From an uncultured Candidatus Saccharibacteria bacterium (GTDB lineage: Bacteria; Patescibacteriota; WWE3; 9FT-COMBO-53-11): a stretch of DNA of 45,616 nt. The stretch is from assembly GCA_964512075.1 (NCBI GenBank), contig CAZEID010000013.1, positions 1-45,616 on the forward strand. The letters are read 5' to 3'. Both the position numbers and the translations under genes were made by a program. The notes below the pieces were generated by a model, which saw only the letters and a program-made list of their open reading frames with translations, was not told the origin of the DNA and made no database searches. Below are positions 1 to 9,217 of this stretch, one piece after another. The number at the start of each line of letters is the position of its first letter. Within the stretch, counting starts at the first letter, position 1.

Positions 1-1
1 G

Positions 2-660
<659 letters not shown>

Positions 661-670
661 GCTATCCAAG

Positions 671-679
671 TGGTAAAAT
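671..679 (+). promoter_or_regulatory. Extended -10 promoter element (TGgTAAAAT) 7 nt upstream of the wzm GTG
   Basis: tggtaaaat is followed by 7 nt and then GTG 687. No Shine-Dalgarno sequence lies between them. Confidence 0.4.
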
Positions 680-686
680 CTGAAGA

Positions 687-1511
687 GTGGCAGTGACGGA
701 AACGGTTATAAGGCCAAAGCGGGGTTTGGCGCTAAATCTCAAAGAAATTTGGGATTGCCGCGAGCTGTTTTACTTTTTGGCTTGGCGGGACATTAAAGTT
801 CGCTACAAACAGACCATCTTCGGAGTCGCTTGGGCGATCCTTCAGCCGTTCATCTTAATGGTGGTTTTTTCCCTTTTCTTCGGGGGAGTAGTGGGGATCT
901 CGGCCGATGGGGTTCCTTACCCCATCTTTTCCTACGCCGGGCTTTTGTTCTGGCAGTTTTTCTCGGGGGCAGTGAGTAAAGTGAGCGGGAGTTTTGTCAG
1001 CAACTCCGGAATTGTGCAGAAGATTTATTTCCCCCGCTTAATCCTTCCTCTCTCCGCGACAGTGGTTTCTCTGGTGGATTTTGTCATGGCGGCGATGGTT
1101 TTTGCGGGACTTTTGGTCTACTACCAATTTGCTCCAACTCCCCTGGGGGTTCTTTTGGTTGTTCCGGCAATTTTAATCACCTTTTTAGCCGCGACCGGGC
1201 TTGGGACTTTTTTAGCAACCCTCAACGTTAAATATCGGGACGTGGGGCACGCTCTGCCATTTTTTATTCAGCTCTTGCTTTTCTTGACGCCGGTGATTTA
1301 CCCGGTTTCGCTGGTGCCGGAGCGATTTCGCTGGCTGATCCAGCTTAACCCGATGGCGGGGGTGATTGATGCGATCCGGGCGAGTTTCTTGGGTCTAGGG
1401 GAGGTGAATTGGGAATCTTTGGGTCTGGCCGCTTTGATTAGCATCGCGCTTTTCGTCTTCGGTTACTTGTATCTGAAGCGGTTTGAGAGCGAGTTTGCCG
1501 ATATAATTTAG
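687..1511 (+). CDS. wzm: ABC-2 type polysaccharide exporter permease (Wzm/TagG-like)
   Basis: 274 aa with about 6 hydrophobic helices and ABC-2 permease sequence character. It is paired with a Wzt-like ATPase downstream. Confidence 0.85.
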   Translation: MAVTETVIRPKRGLALNLKEIWDCRELFYFLAWRDIKVRYKQTIFGVAWAILQPFILMVVFSLFFGGVVGISADGVPYPIFSYAGLLFWQFFSGAVSKVSGSFVSNSGIVQKIYFPRLILPLSATVVSLVDFVMAAMVFAGLLVYYQFAPTPLGVLLVVPAILITFLAATGLGTFLATLNVKYRDVGHALPFFIQLLLFLTPVIYPVSLVPERFRWLIQLNPMAGVIDAIRASFLGLGEVNWESLGLAALISIALFVFGYLYLKRFESEFADII

Positions 1512-1556
1512 GGGAAAAATTCTAATCACTAAACCATAAATTCTAAACAAGCATTA

Positions 1557-1922
1557 ATGGTACAAACTACAAATAACAAACAATACGATTTAGAAGACCG
1601 AACGTTAAAGTTTGCGAGATCGGTTAGGGATTTTGTGAATAAATTGCCAAAAACTGCAGCGAATTTTGAATATGGTAAGCGGCTTCTTAGGTCGAGTGGA
1701 TCTATCGGGGCAAATTACATTGAGGCGAACGAGTCGTTAAGCAAGAAAGATTTTGCGATGAGAGTGAAAATCTGTAAGAAAGAAGCCAAAGAGAGCCGAT
1801 ACTGGTTAAACTTGGTTGATCCGGGAAATGGAGAAGAGTTGGAGAAGGAACAAAACAGTTTGTTTGGCGAAGCGACAGAATCAATGAAAATTTTTGGGAG
1901 CATTTTGGAGGGTTCAAAATAA
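1557..1922 (+). CDS. Four-helix-bundle protein (23S rRNA intervening-sequence protein / Avd-like family)
   Basis: 121 aa with the family pattern RSSGSIGANYIEANESLSKKDF...KICKKEAKESRYWL. Confidence 0.85.
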   Translation: MVQTTNNKQYDLEDRTLKFARSVRDFVNKLPKTAANFEYGKRLLRSSGSIGANYIEANESLSKKDFAMRVKICKKEAKESRYWLNLVDPGNGEELEKEQNSLFGEATESMKIFGSILEGSK

Positions 1923-1973
1923 TGTTTGAAGAATTGGAATTTGGGTTTTGTTTAGAATTTCGAGTTTCGAATT

Positions 1974-1979
1974 TAGAAT
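1974..1979 (+). promoter_or_regulatory. TAGAAT -10 box contributed by the repeat, 10 nt upstream of the wzt ATG
   Basis: atttagaatttg is followed by aagactg and ATG 1990. Confidence 0.35.
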
Positions 1980-1989
1980 TTGAAGACTG

Positions 1990-3231
1990 ATGCTTAAGCC
2001 CGTCATCGAAGTTAAAAATCTATCCAAGGTCTACAAAATTTCGCACGCGCGGAAGCCTTACCATACCCTCCGAGAGGATTTGGTTGAGGCAGCTAAGACA
2101 CCGCTCCGTTTTTTGCGCGGGCACCGGACTGAAAAGGAAGAATTCTGGGCGCTTAAAGATGTCAGCTTCGATGTTAAGCAAGGGGAGGTTCTAGGGATTA
2201 TCGGTAAGAACGGGGCCGGCAAGTCTACTTTACTTAAGATCCTTTCGCGCATCACCAATCCCACTAGTGGAAGTGCCGTCCTCCGGGGGCGAGTCGCTTC
2301 GCTCTTGGAAGTAGGAACAGGTTTCCATCCGGAACTAACCGGGCGGGAGAATATTTATTTGAACGGGGCGCTTTTAGGGATGAGCCGACAGGAGATTACG
2401 CGCAAATTCGACGAGATTGTCGCTTTTGCCGAAGTCGAGAAGTTTTTGGACACTCCGGTTAAGTTTTATTCCTCGGGAATGTATGTCCGGCTGGCGTTCG
2501 CCGTGGCGGCGCATCTGGAGCCGGAGATTTTGATTGTGGATGAGGTTTTAGCGGTGGGGGATGCGCAGTTTCAGAAGAAGTCGTTGGAAAAAATGAGCGA
2601 GATTGCAAGGAGCGGCCGCACAATTCTTTTTGTTAGCCACAACTTGGGTGCTATTCGCCAACTCTGTGGGCGCGCGGTTCTTATGGACGCGGGGAGGGGG
2701 GTAGTGTTCAAAAGCTCAGCGGAAGCTGTAGCGAAGTATCAAACTTTGGGGGTAACTACCTCTCCGAAGGGGAAATACATTTCAGTCGGGGAAAAGGGGC
2801 TCCTCTTTACTGATCTCCATCTTAACGGGGTGGAATTAGCTCGCGAACCGACGGTTCTGTCGGGGGATCCCCTTAAATTCTCATTTCACTACCGTTCCGA
2901 TAAAATAAATCAAGATATCCTGATCGGTTTGAGCATTAAAAGTGCTAGGGATGGCTCTAAATTAATTTTTACTCACAATCAACTCGAATCTGCGAAGCAC
3001 TTAACCGGAGAAAAGGGAAACATCTTTGCTACTTTGTACGTTCCGAAACTCGCGCCGGGTTTGTACAACGTTGAACTTACTGTTTTGGTTGATTCAAATT
3101 ATTACATTCAAGATCTCCCAATTGGATCTTTCCGGGTTGCAGGCGTTCCTTCGTTTCGTTCTAAGCAAACGTTCGATTCCTTTCCTTCCTCCCTCTTAGT
3201 TGATTCAGACTGGAGTTTCGAGGCCGGATGA
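1990..3231 (+). CDS. wzt: Polysaccharide ABC exporter ATP-binding protein with a C-terminal glycan-binding-type extension (Wzt-like)
   Basis: Walker A GKNGAGKST, signature YSSGM and Walker B ILIVDE are present. A beta-rich C-terminal domain of about 160 aa resembles the Wzt C-terminal module. Confidence 0.9.
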   Translation: MLKPVIEVKNLSKVYKISHARKPYHTLREDLVEAAKTPLRFLRGHRTEKEEFWALKDVSFDVKQGEVLGIIGKNGAGKSTLLKILSRITNPTSGSAVLRGRVASLLEVGTGFHPELTGRENIYLNGALLGMSRQEITRKFDEIVAFAEVEKFLDTPVKFYSSGMYVRLAFAVAAHLEPEILIVDEVLAVGDAQFQKKSLEKMSEIARSGRTILFVSHNLGAIRQLCGRAVLMDAGRGVVFKSSAEAVAKYQTLGVTTSPKGKYISVGEKGLLFTDLHLNGVELAREPTVLSGDPLKFSFHYRSDKINQDILIGLSIKSARDGSKLIFTHNQLESAKHLTGEKGNIFATLYVPKLAPGLYNVELTVLVDSNYYIQDLPIGSFRVAGVPSFRSKQTFDSFPSSLLVDSDWSFEAG

Positions 3232-6113
3232 AGATACTGTTAAGTTACAGTCGTTATTTTTTTGATCCAGCCAAAGAGCCAAAGGAGCATAAACATTGGG
3301 GATATTCAGCAAGCATTCTGGCGCGAACCCTTTATCGTCTCCTCTCCGAGATTGGTGATGTCACTTATGTTGATGGTGATAACTTTCAGAGTGTCTCGGG
3401 GCGGGAGTTCGACCTCTTTGTTGGGATCGCGAGCCATTTTTCAGATATCCTCGATGTCTGCAAAGTAAAGAAAAGCATTTTTTGGGCGGTGAATATGCAT
3501 CCTTACGAGAGAAACCGTTTGATTATCGATTTTTATAAGCGGCTTAATCTCCCAAAGGAAGCTCTCGTTGGGTCGGACTTGGTTGATGCTAAAGGAATTT
3601 CTGCTTCGTTGCAGAGAGCAGATTATATCCTCGGTGTTGGAAATGTCGAGACGTACAATTCTTACATCAGGCAAGGTATTCCCAAAAATAAAATTAAGAT
3701 TTTAAACTACGGCGTGGGGAAATTGCCTAAGACAGCCGTCGGTGGATCGATTCCTCCAACTCGCCGCTTTCTCTACGCCTCTTCTGATATCGGTCTTAGG
3801 AAGGGTTTTGATTTAGTTTACGATCTTTTCGTGCGAGCTCAAGAAAGGGGGATTAATTTTCGGTTGGATGTGGTGGGTAATCCTATGAACCCTTTTTACG
3901 AGAGAAAAATAAAAGCCCTTGAAGGTGCGCTAGATGGCAAGATGGTTTACCATGGTTGGGTCAATTCTGCTTCGTCTGCTTACCAGGAGGTTTTCTCTCA
4001 CGCCACCTACCTTGTGTTTCCTTCTCTTGAGGAGGGCCAGGCGGGAACGGTTTTAGACGCTCTCCGGTATGGCGTAATTCCTCTCATTAGCTCCCGGGCT
4101 GGAATTGATTTTTCACCGTTAGGGTTCCTGGAGAGTGAGGTCGATTCGCCGAAAAATCTTGAGATTATCCAACAGGCGGCAAACCTTCCGGATTCTTCTG
4201 TGCGAAATCTTCAGGCGAAGACGCGAAAATATTACAGCGAGTTTCACGAAAGTTTCGAAACCCCGTTGCGAGAAGCACTTTGGGGATGTGTGCGAGATGA
4301 GCTCTATCCCAAGGTGAGTGTGATTATGCCGATTTTTAATAAGGAAAAAACCATTCTTTCCAATCTCCGTTTGCTGGATTCCGCTTGCCGGAGCTACGGT
4401 AACGTTGAAGTGCACATCATCTTTGATGGCTGCACTGATAAGACAGAGAAGATTACCCGGAGTTTTTATCACAGTAGAAATAAGGAAAAATATCCCGTCA
4501 CTTTTGAGGTTACTCCGAACATATTCGAGGTAAAGACTAATAATATTGGATTAAAGAAAGCAACCGGGAAGTACTGTATGATCATTCAGGACGATACTTA
4601 TATTTATGACCGGAATGCTCTTTGGGAATCTGTAATCTTTCTCGAGAGAGATCCTACTTGCGCCATTTTGGGTGGTTTGGCGGGGGTGAACTTTTATCCC
4701 ATCGGTACTCATCTTGCGGGAGAGGGGCAGATTGTGATGAGTGATAACGAAGTCTACTGGCGGCAGGACGGGCGAACCGACCCCTCCCTGAAGAATAAAA
4801 TTTTTGAAGTAGATGCTTGCATGCGGGGGCCCCTCTTCGTTAGAAAAGACTTTTTGGAAGAGCACGGTTACCTGGATGAGGTCTACGCCCCGTTATATCA
4901 GGACGATATGGACTTGTGCTTTCGGGCACGTAAGTTTGGAAAGAAAGTGTACGCGATTCTTCTGGACGTAGAGAATACTTCATTGACTATGAAAAGTTAT
5001 GACTCCCAAAAATCAGCGCGCTTTAGCGAGATTGTTAAGAGAAATACCAAAATTTTTTACGAAAGATGGTCACCATCGACAGTTAAGGACTATCTCTGGG
5101 TTCACAGGACGCCCCTGTTCTCGGGTTGCCGCTATGTTGACTTTGGCTCGATTAGAGCTAAAGTGCATCACGCTTGGTTACGCGCCACTGGTCTATCTCT
5201 CTTTGCTGGTTGGAAGAAGTCTTCGCTGGTGCGATTTCTTGAGTCCGTAGTTGGACGAGTAAAGTCGAAAGCTAGAGAGATTTATTACCGGAAAAGTTTG
5301 CCTCACGAAGTGCATTACGCAGTGAGTACCACAAAGAAAAAAATGTTGCTTAGGAAAGCGCTTAAAGAATCAATCAATTTATTTTTGGGAGTATTTGGCT
5401 TAGAAATCAGGCGGAAACCAGACGTTGAAAAAAGGTTGCCTCCTCCGGCGGTTGCGGAGTCTCAAAAAGAGAAGTGGTTGCGTAAACTAGATATCGGTAC
5501 GGTTATTGATGTTGGGGCGAACGAAGGCCAATTTGCGGCTGAAATCTCGCGCATTATCCCCGGAGTAAGGGTAATCTCATTCGAGCCGTTGGTGGATTGT
5601 TACAAAAAGCTTCTAGAGAACGGAGGTCGGTTTCCAGACTTTAGCGCTTACAATGTCGCTCTCGGGGACCGTAAAGGAAAGGTGAAAATTTATCGTAGTG
5701 AGTTTTCTCCCTCTTCCTCCTTACTTCCCATGGGGGAAACCCACAGGCGAGTGTGGCCCTTTACGGCCAAAACTACACTTGAGGAAGTTAAGATGGCTCG
5801 TCTTGACGACATCATTAAAGATAACGATATCAAGGGCCGACTGTTAATAAAAATTGATGTTCAGGGCGTTGAAGATAAGGTGATAATGGGCGGTAGAAGG
5901 ACCTTCTCCAAAGCTTGTGCGGTGATTATTGAGGTTAGTTTCAAAGAACATCTCTACAAAGGACAGGCTAGTTTTGACCAGGTTTATAAGCTTCTCCGCA
6001 AGTTTGGATTTTCCTACCGGGGGAATTGGTGGCAAGGCGAAGACCCCGACGACGGTGCTCCTCTGCAAGCGAATGCCATTTTTATTAAGGACAGGGAAGT
6101 CGAGTCATGGTGA
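3228..6113 (+). CDS. Tri-domain enzyme: GT4-type glycosyltransferase, GT2-type glycosyltransferase, long linker, FkbM-family methyltransferase
   Basis: The N-terminal GT-B region has SLEEGQAGTVLDALRYGVIPL. The middle GT-A region has VSVIMPIFNKE...IFDGCTDKT...IIQDDTY...QDDMDLCFR. The C-terminal region has VIDVGANEGQFA...NVALGDRKGKVKIY (FkbM pattern). The start overlaps the wzt stop as ATGA. Confidence 0.8.
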   Translation: MKILLSYSRYFFDPAKEPKEHKHWGYSASILARTLYRLLSEIGDVTYVDGDNFQSVSGREFDLFVGIASHFSDILDVCKVKKSIFWAVNMHPYERNRLIIDFYKRLNLPKEALVGSDLVDAKGISASLQRADYILGVGNVETYNSYIRQGIPKNKIKILNYGVGKLPKTAVGGSIPPTRRFLYASSDIGLRKGFDLVYDLFVRAQERGINFRLDVVGNPMNPFYERKIKALEGALDGKMVYHGWVNSASSAYQEVFSHATYLVFPSLEEGQAGTVLDALRYGVIPLISSRAGIDFSPLGFLESEVDSPKNLEIIQQAANLPDSSVRNLQAKTRKYYSEFHESFETPLREALWGCVRDELYPKVSVIMPIFNKEKTILSNLRLLDSACRSYGNVEVHIIFDGCTDKTEKITRSFYHSRNKEKYPVTFEVTPNIFEVKTNNIGLKKATGKYCMIIQDDTYIYDRNALWESVIFLERDPTCAILGGLAGVNFYPIGTHLAGEGQIVMSDNEVYWRQDGRTDPSLKNKIFEVDACMRGPLFVRKDFLEEHGYLDEVYAPLYQDDMDLCFRARKFGKKVYAILLDVENTSLTMKSYDSQKSARFSEIVKRNTKIFYERWSPSTVKDYLWVHRTPLFSGCRYVDFGSIRAKVHHAWLRATGLSLFAGWKKSSLVRFLESVVGRVKSKAREIYYRKSLPHEVHYAVSTTKKKMLLRKALKESINLFLGVFGLEIRRKPDVEKRLPPPAVAESQKEKWLRKLDIGTVIDVGANEGQFAAEISRIIPGVRVISFEPLVDCYKKLLENGGRFPDFSAYNVALGDRKGKVKIYRSEFSPSSSLLPMGETHRRVWPFTAKTTLEEVKMARLDDIIKDNDIKGRLLIKIDVQGVEDKVIMGGRRTFSKACAVIIEVSFKEHLYKGQASFDQVYKLLRKFGFSYRGNWWQGEDPDDGAPLQANAIFIKDREVESW

Positions 6114-7033
6114 AGCAAGAAGGCGGTGAAGTTGAGCCATTGGTTTCTGTGATCACTCCTGCTTATAACGCCGCGAAGTATTTGTCGCAGACGATCCAAA
6201 GCGCCTTGGGCCAGACCTACAAAAATATTGAGATTGTTGTAGTTGATGATGGTTCGACGGATGGAACGGAGGATCTAAAAGTTCTCCAAGATCGGCGCGT
6301 GCGCTACCTCAAAATTAAGCACTCCGGCGGTCCGGCGACTCCCCGAAACGTAGGGATCAAGAAGTCTAGGGGGGATTTAATCGCTTTTTTGGACTCCGAC
6401 GATGTTTGGCGGCCGGAAAAACTGGAAAAGCAGATTTCTTTTATGCAGAAAGGCGGATTTGATTTTGTTTCCAGCGACGCTGGCGTTATCGATAAAAACG
6501 GAAAGAAAACCAAAGATAGTTATTTAGCTCACTTGGGAAATCTGAATAATTTGGGCCCTCAGGTATTCCCGCGGCTTTACGAGAGCAACTTTGTGATTAC
6601 CTCTTCCGCGCTCGTCCGCCGGGAGGTTTTTGACAAAGTGGGTTTTTTTGACCAAAGTCCCCGGATGGTGGGAGTAGAGGATTATGATCTGTGGCTGCGT
6701 ATATCGGCCGTCGGCGCCAAATTCGGGTTTCTCCCCGAACGGCTGCTTCTTTATCGCGATCGCGCCGGGAGTTTGAGCGACCGGACGCAGAGTTTCAACT
6801 ACGAGCGGGAGCTAAGAGTTGTGGCAAAAAACTTGAAAATGGCCCGAAAGTTTTTGGGAGCAAAAAGCAAGCTGCGTCCGTTTAATTTGAGCCTTACGAT
6901 TGTCTCTGCCAGCAAAGGGAAAAGCTTAATAATGTATTGGAAGTATAAGGCTCTCTGTTTTTGGTATTTTCCGTTCGGAACGGGGAGTTCAAGAGAACTT
7001 TTTTCTCTGGCGAAGCATATTATTAAGTTATGA
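6107..7033 (+). CDS. GT2-family glycosyltransferase
   Basis: VSVITPAYNAAKYL, VVVDDGSTDGT and AFLDSDDVW are present. The gene overlaps the upstream stop by 7 nt. Confidence 0.85.
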   Translation: MVKQEGGEVEPLVSVITPAYNAAKYLSQTIQSALGQTYKNIEIVVVDDGSTDGTEDLKVLQDRRVRYLKIKHSGGPATPRNVGIKKSRGDLIAFLDSDDVWRPEKLEKQISFMQKGGFDFVSSDAGVIDKNGKKTKDSYLAHLGNLNNLGPQVFPRLYESNFVITSSALVRREVFDKVGFFDQSPRMVGVEDYDLWLRISAVGAKFGFLPERLLLYRDRAGSLSDRTQSFNYERELRVVAKNLKMARKFLGAKSKLRPFNLSLTIVSASKGKSLIMYWKYKALCFWYFPFGTGSSRELFSLAKHIIKL

Positions 7034-8211
7034 AGGTATTGCACACCGTTGAATTTTACGATCCCTCCGTTGGCGGGATGCAGGAGGTGGTCAAACAGTT
7101 ATCGGAGCGGTTGGTAAAGATGGGTCACGAAGTGACCGTGGCAACCACCAAACTTTCCGACCGCAAATCTTTGGATATCAATGGCGTGAGGATTGTGGAG
7201 TTTGCAATCTCCGGCAATCTCGTCCGTGGTCTTGCGGGCGAAGTCGAGAAATATCGAAAATTTCTGACTGGATCCCAATTTGATGTGATAACCAACTTTG
7301 CCGCCCAGCAGTGGGCAACTGATCTTGCTTTAGATGTGCTGGACGAAATAAGCGCGAAGAAGGTGTTTGTCCCGACCGGATTTTCGGGATTTTACCTTCC
7401 GGAGTATAAAAGTTACTTTAAAAAGATGGAAATCTGGATCAAAAAGTACGACGTGAGCGTTTTCCTTTCCAACGATTACCGGGATATTAACTTTGCCCGC
7501 AAAGTGGGAGTACCTCGAAATAAAATGGCAATTATTCCCAACGGGGCCAGCGAAGAGGAGTTTTTGCCCCCAAGCAGAATCGATATCCGGAAGCGCTTCG
7601 GGATTCCTAAAAGCCATTTTTTGATTCTCCATGTTGGTTCCCACACAGGAGTCAAGGGACATAAGGAGGCAATTGAAATCTTCTCTCGCGCCCGAGTAAA
7701 GCACGCCGCGTTTTTGCTGATTGGAAATATTTTCGGTGGGGGATGTAGCTTGTCCTGCCCCCGCCGGGCCCTCTTCTTCAACCTTTCGCCGCGCCGGTGG
7801 AGTGATGGCAAGCGTTTGATTGTTGCGCAGCTCCCGCGCGAAGAAACGGTCGCGGCTTACCAGGCCGCGGATCTGTTCTTGTTTCCCTCCAACATTGAGT
7901 GCTCGCCGATCGTCCTTTTTGAAGCAATGGCTTCCAAGACCCCTTTCCTGACCGCCGACGTCGGCAATTCCGCCGAAATTGTAAAGTGGTCCGGGGGAGC
8001 GGGAATCGTTCTCCCGACCGATAAGGACAAGCAGGGCTTTGCCCGGGTGCAGATTCCCGGTTCGGTTAAAGTCTTGGAGGAGATTTATCGGGATCCGGTC
8101 CGGCGCAAGAAGATGGCAGCGGCGGGCTTTCGGGCTTGGAGGAGACGCTTTACTTGGGAGAAAATTGCGGGAAATTACGAGGCGCTGTATCGGAAGTTGT
8201 TAAAAAAATGA
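7030..8211 (+). CDS. GT4-family (GT-B) glycosyltransferase
   Basis: LFPSNIECSPIVLFEAMASKTPFL is an EX7E-type motif. The start forms an ATGA overlap with the upstream gene. Confidence 0.85.
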   Translation: MKVLHTVEFYDPSVGGMQEVVKQLSERLVKMGHEVTVATTKLSDRKSLDINGVRIVEFAISGNLVRGLAGEVEKYRKFLTGSQFDVITNFAAQQWATDLALDVLDEISAKKVFVPTGFSGFYLPEYKSYFKKMEIWIKKYDVSVFLSNDYRDINFARKVGVPRNKMAIIPNGASEEEFLPPSRIDIRKRFGIPKSHFLILHVGSHTGVKGHKEAIEIFSRARVKHAAFLLIGNIFGGGCSLSCPRRALFFNLSPRRWSDGKRLIVAQLPREETVAAYQAADLFLFPSNIECSPIVLFEAMASKTPFLTADVGNSAEIVKWSGGAGIVLPTDKDKQGFARVQIPGSVKVLEEIYRDPVRRKKMAAAGFRAWRRRFTWEKIAGNYEALYRKLLKK

Positions 8212-9053
8212 TCACCGTTGATGTTTTTGGGGGGTTGGGGAACCAGATGTTTCAATACGCGTTGGGGCGACACCTTTCAATCCGGAATAAGTCTCCTTTA
8301 ATCCTCCGTCCTGTCGACGTGGGGGCGTTTTCGAAGAGGCCCTACGCTTTGGGGTGTTTTAAACTCTCACCAGAAGCGAGAGTGGTGTCTGGTGCTCAGA
8401 GAACTGGGCTTAGGGAAAGGCTGCGGTCGCTTTTGGGGAGAGGGGAGGTGTTCGTTCGGGAGAAGGGATTTTCCTTTGACTCTAGGATTTTGGAACTAAA
8501 AGGAGACGTTCACTTGCACGGCTACTGGCAGAGCGAGAAATATTTCAAAGATATCCGCGAGACGATTTTGGAGGATTTTACCCCGATCCGCCCGTTGCGG
8601 GGTCGCAACCAAAAAGTTCTTGATGAGATTGGAAGCTCAAGCTCGATCAGTGTTCACGTGCGGCGGGGCGATTACGTGATTGATCCGCAGACCAATAAAT
8701 TCCATGGCATTTGCGGACCGGAGTACTACAAAAAAGCTGTCGAGATTATTGCCAAGAAAGTTAAAAGCCCGGTCTTCTATTTTTTCTCGGACGATATCGA
8801 TTGGGTCAAGAATAATCTAAGGACCAAGTTTAAGAATGTTTACGTGGACTGGAACCAAGGCGACCAGAGCTTCGTGGATATGCAGTTGATGAGCCATTGT
8901 CGGCACCACATCTTAGCTAACAGTAGCTTCAGTTGGTGGGGAGCGTGGCTAAATCGGAATCCGCATAAGATCGTGGTTGCACCCGAAAGGTGGTTTCAGG
9001 AAAGGAGCTTGGATACGCGGGACTTGATTCCGGAAGGATGGTTGAAGATATGA
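8208..9053 (+). CDS. GT11-family alpha-1,2-fucosyltransferase
   Basis: MITVDVFGGLGNQMFQYALGRHL, HVRRGDY and NSSFSWWGAWL are present. The start was chosen at the ATGA overlap (8208) rather than the track start at 8136. Confidence 0.85.
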   Translation: MITVDVFGGLGNQMFQYALGRHLSIRNKSPLILRPVDVGAFSKRPYALGCFKLSPEARVVSGAQRTGLRERLRSLLGRGEVFVREKGFSFDSRILELKGDVHLHGYWQSEKYFKDIRETILEDFTPIRPLRGRNQKVLDEIGSSSSISVHVRRGDYVIDPQTNKFHGICGPEYYKKAVEIIAKKVKSPVFYFFSDDIDWVKNNLRTKFKNVYVDWNQGDQSFVDMQLMSHCRHHILANSSFSWWGAWLNRNPHKIVVAPERWFQERSLDTRDLIPEGWLKI

Positions 9054-9060
9054 GTAATTC

Positions 9061-9212
9061 AAATTCTAAGCACGAAGTACGAAATTCTAAACAAATTACA
9101 AATTCAAAATCCCAAATTACAAACAGTTTGGAGTTTGAAAAAATTTTGAAGCTTAATTACTGGTTAGCCTGCCTGCCATAAGCAGGGATTTAGAGTTTAT
9201 GATTTAGAATTT
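9061..9212. repeat. ORF-less miniature copy of the 1517-1981 cassette ends (MITE-like)
   Basis: AAATTCTAA occurs at 9061 and 9082, again 21 nt apart. The same 13-mer aaattctaaacaa lies at 9082-9094. Inverted tttagagttt (9189) and tttagaattt (9203) follow. atttagaatttg (9202-9213) is identical to 1971-1982. Confidence 0.5.
9205..9210 (+). promoter_or_regulatory. TAGAAT -10 box from the repeat, 7 nt upstream of ATG 9218
   Basis: tagaat + ttggtga + ATG. Confidence 0.4.
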
Positions 9213-9217
9213 GGTGA

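Larger units (their letters stand above)
1517..1981. mobile_element. Inverted-repeat-bounded cassette carrying the four-helix-bundle gene, inserted between wzm and wzt
   Basis: The left flank has two AAATTCTAA copies (1517, 1538) 21 nt apart. The right flank has two TTTAGAATTT copies (1951, 1972), also 21 nt apart and in inverted orientation. A perfect 13-nt inverted repeat links aaattctaaacaa (1538-1550) and ttgtttagaattt (1948-1960). The interior is visibly more A/T-rich than its flanks. Confidence 0.4.

Noticed and set aside
1557-1922. Four-helix-bundle gene as the Avd component of a diversity-generating retroelement
   Set aside because: There is no reverse transcriptase gene in the window. 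I could find no template/variable repeat pair with adenine-specific mismatches. The family membership alone is not enough.
8990-9181. 63-aa ORF (…NSKHEVRNSKQITNSKSQITNS…)
   Set aside because: It is a read-through of the AAATTCTAA-type repeats in an intergenic element and overlaps the end of the GT11 gene. The low-complexity repeat peptide is unlikely to be a real protein.
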